Shown: positions 50,388 through 63,877 of the stretch, in pieces | Numbering within the stretch: the stretch's first letter is position 1 | Layout: each line of letters opens with the position of its first letter | Source: Squalus acanthias | Taxonomy: Eukaryota | Reading direction: 5' to 3' | NCBI GenBank assembly: GCA_030390025.1 | Contig: CM059438.1 | Coordinates: 68,450,001-68,514,000, forward strand | DNA length: 64,000 nt | Made by a program: the position numbers and the translations under genes | The notes under the pieces: generated by a model | Database searches by the model: none | What the model saw: only the letters and a program-made list of their open reading frames with translations | What the model was told of the DNA's origin: nothing

Positions 50388-50875
50388 GGGGGGGAATTTT
50401 AACTTCCCCCCAGCTGGCGGAAACCAGGTTAGGGAGCAGTAAAAATGGGACGGGTGAAATACGGGAATATTCCATTCCCGTCCGTTCTGATTTTAAAATG
50501 CCTGATTTTTTTTTTAGGTGTCTGTGGCGTCCATGTGAGTCAGGTGGAGCCTCATACATGTATGCAAATCAGGGTCCTATTACATCAAAAGGACCCCAAT
50601 GCCATCTTAACCCGGGAGTGCTCCTCCAGGCCCCACAATGAAAGTATAGCTACCACCCCCCGTATCACCCCGAACCACTGACCGCTCCCTGGGACCCCTC
50701 ACCTCCCCATACTTACCTTCGGCCACCCGACTTCTCGGCAATCACTACCCGTTTGGGTCGGGAAGTTGGCCAGCAGCGTGTTAATGAGGACCGGCCATTA
50801 AACTACTGCCACAACCGCTCTCAGATGGGCCGGCCGTTCGCTAGGCCGCCTTCACACTCGAGAGTAAAAACTCCC
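50388..50875. mobile_element. Harbinger-type MITE; a related end occurs at ~58283-58322
   Basis: gggggggaattttaact left end and gagtaaaaactccc right end. ctggcggaaaccagg is the reverse complement of 58283-58297. Confidence 0.6.
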
Positions 50876-51044
50876 GTCTGCAGCTTTGGAAAAGAGGTAG
50901 TCAGGTCAGATCGATTCTATAGATAGGGAGAAAGGGAAAAGTAGTGAAACTACTTAAGTTGTAGTTTAGCCCAGGAGTTACAAACTATTAATTATTTGCT
51001 AGGAAATGAGGAGCTCAGCTGGGCTGAACAACTACTGTAAATCT

Positions 51045-51385
51045 ATCACAAACGCAAAATACTGCAGATGCTGGAAATCTGAAATAAAAGCAGAAAATGC
51101 TGGAAATACTCAGCGGGTCAGGCAGCATCTGTAGAGAGAGAAACAGAGTTAATGTTTCAGGTCGATGACCCTTCGTCAGATGTTGGAGATGGAACAGGTT
51201 TTTAAGCAAGTGTAGGGGCAGGGAAAGGGAGGAGGGGAGGAAAGAACAAAAGGGAAGGTCTGTGATAGGATGGAAGGCAGGAGAGATTAAGAGACAAAAG
51301 GGATGATGGTGCAAGGCAAAAGGGGATGGTAATGGGACAAGTTAAGAAACAAAAGATGACTTGAAATGAAGTGTACATGGCAAAT
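51045..51385 (-). mobile_element. Penelope-like pseudo-LTR fragment (same family as 39840) with hammerhead remnant at ~51147-51180
   Basis: Aligns with 39842-40110. 13-bp TSD ctactgtaaatct (51032-51044, 51386-51398). Reverse complement CUGACGA-A-GGGUC auc GACCU-GAAACAUU. Confidence 0.85.
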
Positions 51386-53791
51386 CTACTGTAAATCTGT
51401 TATGTTACTGCTACTATTCACTTTTACTACTGAGTACATTTATTTGGCAGTTAAAGCCCAAGTCACAGTGTTAGTCTGCCACCTTTGGAAGACAAGGAGG
51501 ATCACATGATAAAACCACTAGCTGAAATAATGTCAAGAGCCTTTTTGTTTATTCCGCAGGCTTGCAACAAATTGCAGGTACTAGAATTTTGTTTTAAGTG
51601 TTGATAAACTATTAACTAAACCGAAATTGGTGGAAAGTAATGCAAGGTCAATAATTCAGTTGCTGAAAGCTGATGGAATGTGATTGAGAGGAAAATGGAG
51701 AGAGTAAAAAGGAATATAGCAATGATTGATTGTGGTACCTTGTTGAAGGACGCAGCCATATCAATAGAGATGGCAGTGGTACTATTCCAGGCAGTTCAAG
51801 AAGATCAACAGTTACGGAAACAAAGTTGCTCAGAAGCAATAGAAATGTAACAAAGAATGGCCACCAAATTTTCATAATGGCAGTGGAAAATCTAAGTACT
51901 TGTTTCGACTTACCTGAAAGGACAGTTGGACTCATTCATAGCCCTCTAAGGATCCTTTACCAAGAGAGTCTTCTTTGCGTTGCATGTTATCCCAGAATTG
52001 CTGCTGTTGGTTTTCAGGCTTATTTTTACATTGAAAAACCTAAGTGAAGAGACAAGGCTCATGGTACAGAACACCACTGAGGTTGAAAGAGTAGGAGAGA
52101 AGCACATTAAGTCATGTAATAATGGTTACTTGATATCAAACTTGGGTTTTAAAAGCCGGAAGATTGTATGAAGAACTGAAGGTCGAGGGAGGTAAGCGAA
52201 GAATGGGTTCGAGTAGAAGACAGAACACTCAGTTTCAGTTTTGAGATAGTATGGATGTAGTAAGGACAAAGGGCTTGTAAGTCAATATATTTGAATTTTA
52301 GGAATAAGAGAGGAAAATTCAGAACAATAACTGTAGTATTAACAATAAAATAGAAAGACAAAGACTGCAACTGAGATTGGAGTCTCGAGGTGAGAGAAGG
52401 AGCAATAATAGACGACCATCGTCCTCATGAATATCTTCATTGATTATTGTCTGTACTCATGCAGAAAGTGCTGCAGCAGGAGGATTGATAGAAGGAGATA
52501 TTCTTTCATCTATTGCTTTTCTGCTTTAAGGAAGCTTAAAGCCTTTGTTGCCCTGTTGGATGAAGTGACTGATAGTCTGTGTTGGATTTAGCATAAATCC
52601 AGTCAACAATATTAGCAACAGGAGAGGTTACTTCTGTCATCCTCATAAATGAAGAATGAGGTTTCAAATAGCAAACCAAAAAGCGGTTAAATTCTATGGA
52701 AAATCTTATCCCCTCGTCCCAGTGACAAGAAGACTCACTCCTGGTTGATGACTTTCAAATTCCTAGCAAGTGACTTGCAGTTTTCTCAAGCGATCTGCAA
52801 ATTCAGATGCAAATAGAGAGAGCAGGATAAAATTGTAGTTACGAGTATTATATACATTTTGTTGGATATATCCCCTTGTTGCATACAGGTGGGTGAAGAT
52901 ACAATTGGGCTATGTAAAAGTAAAGTTTATGATCTGAACTGATTATTCACTGTGATCTTATGTAATTTTCACTGTAACTTGAAATGATGCAACAGTTAAT
53001 AATTATTCACCTGGCAGCTGCTATTTTCCATATATGTGTCTCTCCCTTAATTCCTCAAAACTGCTTCAACTGCCGGTGCCTACGCTACCTCTCAGAATAG
53101 CTTATGACCTTTACATATTGATGCAAATACTCTTTTGCCACCTAGCTATGTAATATCAAAGCATGGCTTTTAAGTTGATATACTGCAACACTTCATACAG
53201 TTAATGTGGGAATGAACTGATTTCAGATCCCTGAATGTCTGATTAATGTGAAGAGATTCTGATTTAGTCAGCTGGTCCAAGCATGGGAAATATATTGGGA
53301 AACAATATTAGAGTTTAAACTCTCCATTTGACGACAGCATAGTGCTATGTGTATGCAGGTATAAGGGATTCATGCAGCTCATACATGCAGAGATAAGGTA
53401 GATGGCAGGAATGGCCTGTTTTGTGTTGGACATGAGGGCGCATTTTTTTATCTTTATTCTCAAGTGGGGAAACCTGAATTGTTCCAAATTAATCAAATTT
53501 CCAATGGTGCATTGATTTTTGAAGACTTTTTTTAAAAATACCTTTTCTACCCCAATTGTTTCCCCTCTGGAAGATGCTGATTCCTGCGAGGGTATTGGTT
53601 TACAGGCCTCTGGCTACCCTACAGCGCCATGCTGGAATGGCCATTTGCCATGTATCAGTCAACATAATGAACGCTGGGCTAATGACCTTGGGTGGCATCA
53701 GAGCAGGGCTTAATCTAGTCCTCTCCTAACATCCGCACATACATTTTCCAGCAAGGCTCAATGGACAAGAATTAGGACCAGGAAACCTACC

Positions 53792-54557
53792 GGGCCAGAA
53801 ATTCGGCTTTCAGGCTTCCTGCGGGTGCAAGCATGGCGCGCGTACTTGCCTAACGCGCCTGCAGTTGTGCTTTGGGCCCACGAGGACTTCGCGTCCTGGG
53901 CCTCCTCCAGCTGCCGGCGCGCAGTGCTTGTGTATCCCAGGGGCGCAGTTAGTTCGAAGCGTCCCCTGGGATCACGTGGGCCATGGAGAGCCAATCCTAG
54001 CAGGGCATTTTCATTCATAGATTTGACAGGAAGACCTGTCAAATCTATGAATAGAGATCGGCCCCAAAACCACACTTAAACTTCAAATAAATTTTTAAAA
54101 AATCACATTTTTAAAATAACTACAGTATAAGTTAAATAAATTAACTACTTTAAACAAAAATTTAAATTTTTGAAAAAATTAATTATACTCTGTAACGGTG
54201 CTAAAAATAAACTTACCTTTCTTTAAAGTATCTAAACAAGATAAACCTGTTGAAAAAATGTTTAAATTGTAATTAATTAACCACTTACCTTGTTAAAAAC
54301 AGGTCTTGCGCCTCCTTTTTAAAAGCGCAGGTTCTTCATACTTACCTTCCCGGAGAAACCTGAAAAAAAGTCGAAGTTCGCTGCGTGCGCGCAGCCTCTC
54401 CCGCGCACGCATTTGACTTCTGAACCCCTCCCTTCAGGGGAACGGAAGTTCCGGTTTCCCGCGCATGCGCAGTGCATGCAGGAAACCGGCACTTCAGGTG
54501 GCCTTACGGGTGAGTACACAGCGCGTACTCACCCGACAAGAGCCGAATTTCTGGCCC
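53792..54557. mobile_element. Harbinger-type MITE
   Basis: Perfect 17-bp TIR gggccagaaattcggc(t) / (a)gccgaatttctggccc. Paralog of 44570-45532. Confidence 0.85.
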
Positions 54558-55404
54558 ATTATTTTTTTCTTTGCTAACTCAGGGCCAATGGGGCCAAACA
54601 TAGCGTGCTTCTGTCGACTTCAGTTAAGATGACATAGTGAGTAGACTGGAAATTAATTCTGGTACCTTCCTGACAGTGGGAAGTGCACCTATCAACAGAG
54701 CCACATAGTGGCTGGTTCATTGGTTTTTTACTTTGTGTTTTCAAAACATTTTGTTGATGATCTCAGGTCTAATATTTCCATCAAATTTTAAAATTCCACA
54801 GAATGAAGTGAGATGCGTTCATGACTACACATGCCTCCAACCCACTGTTTCAGCTAGGTTGAGTTATTTTTATCTAGAGAATTGTAAGTTTGGTCAATAA
54901 AGACATTTTAAGTTAATGAGGGCAGTATGTATTAATGTACAAATGCTTATTTTAAGCTTTTCTGTGCTCTTCTAAATGTGGAGTACTGTCAGATTCTTTT
55001 GTAGAGTGGACAGGGTTGAAAAGTGTACAGACATCTCCAACTGTCTGGGAAGGCCTGCATTAGTGAATTAAATTTGGGAGTAGCACTGAATAATTCACTT
55101 GGTTTCTTTCTCTTAATTGAAAAGTTTCCTTTGGAGCAAAAAGGTAGAAAGTTGGAAACACTTCTGCAAAAATAAAACAAACAAATAACATTTTCAGTCT
55201 TTCATTTCATTCTATAGCATTGGCATGTTTGCTGGTTTCCGATGAATAAAATGGAACCCTTTGCCATTAACCGTTATGCTTTTTCATGAAAAGTTACTAA
55301 TAAATGAGACCACCAATTAGTTGGAAAGTTAAGAGATTTGGTAGCCCACAGGACTGTTGTCCTGGTGATTTTTCAATGCAGCTTAGCACGGTGGAATCTC
55401 GAAT

Positions 55405-56043
55405 AAGAACATAAGAAATAGGAGCAGGAGTAGGCCATTTGGTCCCTTGAGCCTGCTCCGCCATTTAATGAGATCATGGCTGATCTGATCTTGGGCTCAG
55501 CTCCATTTCCCTGCCCGCTCCCCATAATCCATCACTCCCTTATTGTTCAAAAATCTGTCTATCTCCACCTTAAATATATTCAATGACCCAGCCTCCACAG
55601 CTCTCTGGGGCAGAGAATTCCACAGATTCATGACCCTCTGAGAGAAGAAATTCCTCCTCATCTCAGTTTTAAATGGGCGACCCCTTATTCTGAAACTATG
55701 CCCCCTAGTTCCAGATTTCCCCACGAGGGGAAACATCCTCTCTGCATCTACCTTGTCGATCCCCCTCAGTATCTTATATGTTTCAATAATATTACCTCTC
55801 AAACTTCTAAACTCCAATGAGTATAGGCCCAACCTGCTCAACATTTCCTCATAAGACAACCCCTTCATCCCAGGAATCAATCTAGTGAACCTTCTCTGAA
55901 CTGCCTCCAATGCAAGTATATCCCTCCTTAAATAAGGAGACCAAAACTGTACGCAGTACTCAAGGTGTGCTCTCACCATACCCTGTACAGTTGTAGCAGG
56001 ACTCCCCTGCTTTTATACTCCAACCCCCTTGCAATAAAGGCCA
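55405..56043 (-). mobile_element. CR1 (HER1-like) LINE 3' fragment
   Basis: ORF 55497-55979 reads HLEYCVQFWSPY...FFSQRVMNLWNSLP. (taagaaca)n tail. Confidence 0.92.
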
Positions 56044-56285
56044 GTACAAGCGCAATCACTTCCCTGGTGCCTGGAAAGAATCTGTGTCATAAAAATTCAC
56101 GGGTCCAGTGACTGCCACAGCTGCAAGCAATTCAGGAGCTGTTTGTGAGGGTGATGCCTGTTCAGCACTTGTTGCATGGTGCACGGCAGTACGAATGTCT
56201 CTAGCGAAACAGGGTTGCCACAAATATGTCAGTGCCACTGCTGATCAGTCATTGCTGAGAAGTTAGTTCTCCTGGAAAGGATAAT

Positions 56286-57162
56286 GGGGGGAAAATTCGG
56301 TTGATTAGCGCCTCCTGTTAGCGCCCGGGGCGCAAAGCAACTAGCGCCTGGGCGCAGCGATGTTTGCGTCGCTCGCGAAATTGACCAGACATTTTGCAGT
56401 GGGCGCAAAACACTACTGCCACGATCTCCTGCGCCCGCAGATCGTGACATCAGTCGAGCGTGCAACTCCCCGCCAGTGCCCCAGACCAGATATTGAGTGG
56501 CGCCCCCTGTCTTTCCGCCTGCCGCTAGCAACGACAGGTAGAGGGGAGCGTTTTGCAGTCGGGAAGGGACTGGGGGAGCGCTATTTAAAGACGGCCGCTT
56601 CCTGCCTTTTTTTGTCAGCGACATTTTTGCACCACGCATTCTGAGAGAGAGAGAGAGGCTTCTAGAGAGATTCAAAGCTGTGTGAAGGAGTTTTGAGTAC
56701 TGAGCAGCACTTTGCAGGTTCATTTTGATTTGACCTTCCTTGAATCGATTTAGAAGAGACTGTGGGGGCTGCACTCTGAGCTCTTTCCCTGGGTCTCTCC
56801 ATTGTTCTTTCCAGCAGAATTGATGTACAGGTCTCTCCAGGCCGAGATTCAGGCTGCAATGAGCAGGGTGTGGATGGAGAGCAAGATCGACCCTCCCCTT
56901 TAAGAAGTGGCCGGCGCCAGTGTGTCTGTGTTCCATTGCTAACTGACATCACATGAGCTTCGCCAGCGCTCTGAGGTAGCGCCTCGCTCCTCGACGTTAG
57001 CACCTTAAGAGAGGTGTGTAGCGTCTGATTTAGCGCTCCAATCACCTCCAGGGGCGATAGAAGCCAAGTTTGCAGTTGGAGGCGATAACTTGCGGCAGGC
57101 GCTAAACTTTGCGCCCGGCCGATAATTGCGGCCCAAACGGGGCGATACCGAATTTCTCCCCC
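56286..57162. mobile_element. Harbinger-type MITE, CpG-rich
   Basis: TIRs ggggggaaaattcggt / accgaatttctccccc. TSD AAT (56283-56285, 57163-57165). Confidence 0.8.
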
Positions 57163-57589
57163 AATGTCTCTTCTGCCTCTCATTCCGCTCCCCTGCTTGA
57201 AAGCAACCACTGCAGTAAACACAGCACTCGTATGAAACATTGCTGAAACCAAAATGTCTATACGCGTATTGAATGGTAGCACAATTTAAACCATTTTCAA
57301 TTGTTCATTGCTGCACAAATGAAGTATGAGGTTATATCATGCAGCAAACTGTGTTCTGCCTTATTTTCGCCATGTTTGGCTAATTATAATTTCTTGATTT
57401 ATTTTTGTTGCGTATTTCTTCATTGCAGCTGGTTCCAGTTGTATATGCAAACTTCAAGCTAGCAAAAATACTATCTTATGATCACTGTTGGAAGCATTGT
57501 GCAATATCTGGTAAATGTGGGGGTAATATTACCACGCACACTGTGATTCTAGCGAGGGTCTATCCCATGAGCAGCACAGACTTCTATAA

Positions 57590-58045
57590 AGAAAGAAAGA
57601 ACTTGCATTTATATAGCACCTTTCATGACCTCAGGACATCCCAAAGTGCTTTACAGCCAATTAAGTGCTTTTTGAAGTGTAGTTACTGTTGTAATGTAGG
57701 AAACGTAGCAGCCAATTTGTGCCCAGCAAGCTCCCACAAGCAGCAATGTGATAATAACCAGATAAGCTGTACTTGTGATGTTGGTTGAGGGATAAATATT
57801 GGCCAGGACATCGAGGAGAATTCTGCTCTTTTTCGAAATAGTGGCTTGGGATCTTTTACGTCCTCCTGAGAGAGCAGATTAACGTTTAACGTCGCATCCG
57901 AAAGATGGCGTTTCCAACAATGCAGCTCTCACTCAGCACTGCACTGGAGTGTCAGCCGAGATTATGTGCTCAACATTCTGCAGTGGGACTTAAACCTGAT
58001 TCTGATCTCAAAGTCAAGAGTCCTACCACTGAGCCAAGGCTGACA
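57590..58045 (-). mobile_element. Deu-domain SINE, near full length
   Basis: tRNA head (cagccttggctcagtggtagg), core and tail ending tataaatgcaagttctttc on the minus strand. Confidence 0.8.
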
Positions 58046-58980
58046 CAATGCTGATAGCTCCTGGAACATTGAAGGTCACTAATACTTGCATAGGCAAGCG
58101 ATCTACGAACAGATCTTAGCTCGTATCCACTTGCCAGATTTGCTGGTTTAGTTCACTGTTACTGTGGTCCCCTGCCTTATCTGTCCTGTGCTATCCCCCG
58201 TCTTGTCACCAATCTACAGTACTTCCCTTTTGACTTCTACCACTGTTTCCAGTAGGGCCTTCCATTTCCTAACAACCCTCTGCCTGGTTTCCGCCAGGTG
58301 GGGAGGAGTTAAAATCGGGCCCATGTGTTAAGGTGAGGCGAGGGGAACAATGGCTGGAGAGCTTTACCAGGGAAATGTCATCTTCCTGCCACGAGTTCTC
58401 CTGTGCTTTGTGGGACAACCTGTGAGCAAGATAGTCACTCTGGTTAACTGTTATACGTTTGCTGGCTAGTTCCTGAGTTACATCTGGAAAAGGAGAAAAC
58501 CATCATGGGTCATATTTAGTAACAAAGGAAACACACGGAGGCAATGGGGCCATACGGGTAGAAAGTACTAACGGACTGTTCATTCATATTAAACGCTGCT
58601 CCGGCGATACACGTTCTCCAAAATTGAGTACCAAGTTCCATTTTTTCTTAATTTAAATTAAACTATTTTTCAAAACATCTGGATAAACAGGCACAGGGTA
58701 CAACCTGACTTCATTTTTTCTTTAAACTTCCCTCTCTGTCTCATTTCTCTTGTGCAGGACTGCAGCAGTGAACGTAGGGAATGCACATGTAAGGCTTCAT
58801 GGTTGAAAAGGCATTTCCCAATTGACAAAGAGCTATTTCCCAGAGATATTTTTCACCCCTTGGTTGTATTATTTTTTTCATATTTATATCAGTTCATTGG
58901 CTCATTGACTGTTTGAAAATTGTTAAAGAATCATTATTACAAGTGAATTAGGATTCACTTTTTTTTCTTTCCACTGACAG

Positions 58981-59188
58981 AATGATATTCTCAGGAAGCA
59001 CACATTTCAAAGCCACATGACACACAATTTTATTACCATGACGGAAATAACAACAGAAGCGGAAGACACAGCCCAATGTTTGCTGGTCTCCATGGATGTC
59101 TCATTGAGGGAGAGACATAACAACTCATTGGGTTTAGTCGTAAAAAAAAATCCACTTGAAATGATTTCAAAAAGATCCTTTCCCACTG
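58981..59188 (+). other. Candidate exon in non-repetitive DNA (possible small upstream exon 58758-58788)
   Basis: Acceptor ttttttctttccactgacag, open frame NDILRKHTFQ...SFPT, weak donor gtaaac. No recognisable homology. Confidence 0.2.
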
Positions 59189-60814
59189 GTAAACCTGTTA
59201 GGCAAGTACAGCTCCCGACATGATTCATTATTTATTCGTCATGTGATGTAATCATGCTTCAAACAACTTGTCCTCGTGAGATCTGTGTCCGATTTGAAAT
59301 GCTTATGCCTTGAAAGCTGTGTATGACTGGGATTTGTCTGGAGGCTATTAGCCGCTGTCAACCTACATTTATGATCCACCTGCTCATTAACTGTTTGACC
59401 TTATGTAAATTGCTTTGATGATTCACGAATGCCTTTGACAATTGCAAAGAGATGAAAGGTGACGACTATGTTCTGTTTTTTGTGTGTGGAACAATGTACT
59501 TGACTTGTACTTTGAGGATGTTACAAGGTCAGTTCAAAACGATTGTTAACTCACCACAGTGTTTAGTGCCTCTCCAACGCCACCGATACCCTGAGAAGGG
59601 ATAGTCCTCAAAATTTATTACTGTTGATTGGTGACTTTTCCCCTCAAATGTCTCCCCTCCTCTTCCAAGGGGCTGACTCTTGCTGGGATAAAGTCCCATA
59701 GGTACCTGCTGTCCATCGGTACCTAGCACAAGAGACCACACTTTCGGTGTGAGCTAAGACAGTGAGTGTCATCCAGCTATTTCACTGGAAAAGGCATTGC
59801 ACCAAATTCTCATCTGAAGACCCACGTACACTCTTACGCTTTGGAGCAGGTATCACTGCATCGTAATCAGCAGTGCGGACCTCGGCTGATTTATTTCTGT
59901 CCCCAGCTCAGTGAAATGTTGACTTATCCTGGTGCACATGCCCTCTTCTGATGTTTGTGATTACATAGCAGCTCGTTCAGTTTTACCATTGTATCGTTCT
60001 AAGCTTGGCTTGATTGCTCCATTAATCTGAGATATCCTTTTTTAACTTGACATGTAAGTTCGTCCTAGTTTCTAAACTCAGGTGAGTAATTGGACCATAT
60101 CATTAATGAGATTTTCTGCTAATTGCAAGAATGTGCACTCCCAGTTCCTATTTTGAAAACTTGTGATTTATTTTAGAGCACAAGAGCTATTAGGGAGGAG
60201 AAAGGGCCATGTGCCTCGTCAAAATTCATCCCTCGCGTACCATAACTTTATAATCACAATCTCCAACTAGGGTACTTTGAACAACATTCACCTCTCTGTC
60301 TCTACTACCCTTCCTTTTAGGTTGTTCTGAGCATTTGTCATTCTTGGGGTAAAGTTCTTCTGAATATCTGTTCAAAAATTGATAGCTCCAATTGTCGAGT
60401 CACAAAGAGGAGAAAACAAAATAAAAGATCTGTAGAAGGGGAAAATAAATCGCACAAAGGCTCATGGAAGCTTAAGTGCCAACTGAACAAGAATTACAAG
60501 AAGGGCCTTTAAAAAGCCCGCAGTCACTTTTCTTTCAAATCTACAGGTTTATTAATGCCCCCACCCCGCACCTGCAGGCCTTCTTCCATGGGTCTGTTGA
60601 GGACTCGGTGTCCAGCAGACCTTTGAACCATCAAATGGTGTAGTGCCTTTACCTGTCCCTTTTTCGTGCACATATGATGCTCCTGCATAATTCGAATGGG
60701 AGCTTTAACCACACATCCCCAAGCCCGACAAGAATATCTAGTGGTGCCAAAACCAGGAGGAATCCGGTGGAACTGATTTCCACTGGATTTCCTGACCTCT
60801 CCGAACTTGTGGGT

Positions 60815-61235
60815 TGTGGGTTCCAGTCCCACTCCAGGGACTTGAGCACATAAAACTAGGCTGACATTCCGGTGCAGTACTGAGGGAGTGCTGCACTGTC
60901 GGAGGTACCGTCTTTCGGATGAGACGTTAAACCGAGGCCCCCGTCTGCTCTCTCAGGTGGACGTAAAAGATCCCATGGCACTATTTCGAAGAAGAGCAGG
61001 GGAGTTCTCCCCTGGTATCCTGGCCAATATTTATCCCTCAACCAACATAACAAAAACAGATTATCTGGTTATTATCACATTGCTGTTTGTGGGAGCTTGC
61101 TGTGCGCAAATTGGCTGCCCCATTTCCCACATTACAGCAGTGACTACACTCCAAAAGGTACTTCATTGGCTGTAAAGTGCTTTGAGACGTCTGGTGGTCG
61201 TGAAAGGCGCTATATAAATGCAAGTCTTTCTTTTT
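60815..61235 (+). mobile_element. Deu-domain SINE, best-preserved copy
   Basis: Core gagggagtgctgcactgtcggagg...gatcccatggcactatttcgaagaagagcagggg and tail aggcgctatataaatgcaagtcttt. Confidence 0.85.
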
Positions 61236-61987
61236 ATTTTGTTACATCAAATCAGGGTGCTAAGAAGATGAAAATTGGCCCCAATACAGCCTGTTTTGGA
61301 TTTTGCCTCTTTTCTTTCTTATATCTATTTGTCATATTGTCCCTGACATGCTGTTTACACAGCTGAGAGATTTGTGTAGACTGATCTGCTAACCCTCACC
61401 TCCCCAAATTTTATACCTTGAACATCTCGGAACAAAGTGGGCTCATATTTTGATCCAGATACGACGATGTTGAATCATAATCTCCATACTTGTCTTTTCT
61501 GAAGATGTTCTCCTTCTTCAACAATAACAGAAGATGTGTGCTTAATCATGGATTTAGCACCTGATTTTAATTCTGGCATGAGGCAAAGCCGATTACTTAA
61601 AGTGGCATTACTCTCCTTCTACATGTAATAGTTGCATCTTTTCTCATTCATTATTGCAAGATGATGAAACTCTAGCATTATCTTAAATAACATTGTAACA
61701 TGCCTGATATTAAAAACATTGAAAAGCTGAGATAAGCCTTTATTTTATCATTTTTTTCAATATAATTCCCAGCCAATATAATCCTTCTTTATCATGATTT
61801 TTCCTTTAAATTAGAAATAATGTTTTGAAGAAACCTGATTTAATATTTTTTTACAGCGAGTCAGTGTTGATCGTGGCTTTTGATAAAAGGGATAATGATG
61901 TAGTAAACTTGATTAAAGTGAACACTATCTTCACAAAGACACATCTGCCAAATCTTGTTTTTTGGGGGAAGAGGTGACCCACTTAGT

Positions 61988-63877
61988 GGCCGTGATTTCG
62001 CTGACCGAGGCGGTTCGGGGCGGCCGGGGTCGGTGTCGCAGTCCCAGCCCGCTGCCTACTGCAGCCCACTCTCTCCAAGTGATTTTACATTAATTGGGCT
62101 TGTTAAGCCCACCCTGCGAGGTTCCCGGCCAATTAATAGGAAGCTGGTCTGATGACATCATTTAATGACACGTTGTCAGCCGGTTTCCTTAAAGGGACCA
62201 TGTTCAAATTGATCTTGACAGTTCTGTTGTCAGTATTCTACAGCATTAAGGTGCTGCAAACACTGACAAGCACTGCACAAAGGTGCACGGCTGCACCCAG
62301 GCTCTCCCATGACTCCCTCCATATGCTTATGGAGGGAGTCACAGCACGCAGGGAGGTTCTCTTCCCTTCCCATGGGCGGAAGAGACCTCCCCAGGAGATC
62401 AACGTAGCCTGGTTGCACATTACAAAGGAGGGCAAAAGCAGAGATGTCGTCAGGAGGACCAGGCTGCAGTGGCGCAAACCTTTCAATGATCTCAGTAGAT
62501 CACGAAACGTTACTGCCAAGCCACACTCAAACTCATCCTGCTGTGCCACTCATCATAACCCCATCGCTCTGCCTTCCCTACCCTACTCCTGCACATCCTT
62601 ACACACACCAACATACCTTGCACCTCCACCCATCCCTCTCTATCTACATTATCACATCCCCATCTCACTAGCCACCCCTCATACTCACCTTCATCCTAAT
62701 GTAGGCATACGAACTAACAACACACAAGGGCAGGCATTTGGGTGGTTTAGCCAATGTTCATGTGAAGTTTCTGTTAATGTGTTGTCAAACTTTGAAATCT
62801 ATATTTTCAACATTTTACCTTATTGTACAGATCTGTGTGCACCTTTGGAAGTGTCTTAGTGAGTTCCATTGAATGTTGAGACATAACTTCCCTTCTCCCC
62901 CAAATGCGATGAGTGTGAAAGGAATGGCTTGGACATTATAGGGATGCTTTATGGTGCTGGTGTGGGGTGGTGTCAACCTGGCGCATCATGTGGCAGCCAG
63001 GGTGTACAGTGTTAAGTGAAGTAAATCTGGCCATGGTGATGCCATTGCTGGCCTCCCGGCCTGTGTCCTGTGCAGCATCAGGTGATTGAGGAGAAGGTTG
63101 GTGCTGTTGTTGATGATGTTGGTGTGCCTGGTGATGTTGGTGTTGGGGCTGATCGTGGAGGGATTCGGAGGACCAAGGTGAGATTTTTTCAAGGGCACCG
63201 ATGTTGCTGGAATAGATGGCAGCTGAAGTTGAGATGACAGAAGCGATCTGTCAATGGTGAGAGAGCTTGCTCCAAGGAGGTGACAGTGGATAGAGAGTTT
63301 ACTCCAAACTCTTCCAAACTGCATACAGCTCAAAAGTGTCTTCCAAGTCCTGAAGGCTCAAGCTTTTGACATTGGAAAGTGACCAAAGTGTGAAATGGTA
63401 GCTTTTATACCACTTTTGCAGCTGTCACCTATTCACAGCAATGGGGAGACATAGAGAACCCGACCTACTTACTTGACGTGATCTCCGAAAAAAGTTCATC
63501 AGGTACGTTTTTTCAGAGTCTTTGGCATTCTACAAAGTTAGGGAATTTCTGATGGTTCCTAAATTATATGAAAACATTTCTATGAAATTCATCAGGATCA
63601 ACCCTCGCCCTCCCTCGTTAAACCTCGTTAAAAAAGTAGTAAAATAGAAATAGGCTGGTAAAATAGTCATTAACAAGCGTTTAACAAGCATTTAAGTATC
63701 TTAAATGCCTCCCCCGCCGCTTGGTGTCGGGTGTGTTCTGAAATCGCAGACCCGACACTTTGGAAACTTACATGGAGGTGGGTTTGGAGCGGGCTTCCAA
63801 CCCGCTGTCAATCATTTCGATTTTGACAGCAGACCCGCCTCCGAACCTGCCCTCTGAGCACCAGCAAAATTGCGGCC
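61988..63877 (+). mobile_element. Internally deleted Harbinger-type transposon with Myb/SANT exon
   Basis: TIRs ggccgtgatttcgctg / cagcaaaattgcggcc and TSD AGT (61985-61987, 63878-63880). ORF 62152-62859 contains APRLSHDSLHMLMEGV...AWLHI...WRKPFNDL. Confidence 0.85.

Noticed and set aside
56229..57282. 235-aa and 206-aa minus-strand ORFs
   Set aside because: They are GC-rich MITE sequence crossing the element boundaries, with no domain motifs.
59550..59585. 36-nt minus-strand exon GIGGVGEALNTV with GTGAGT donor
   Set aside because: Weak acceptor, adjacent to an old repeat, and no partner exons found.
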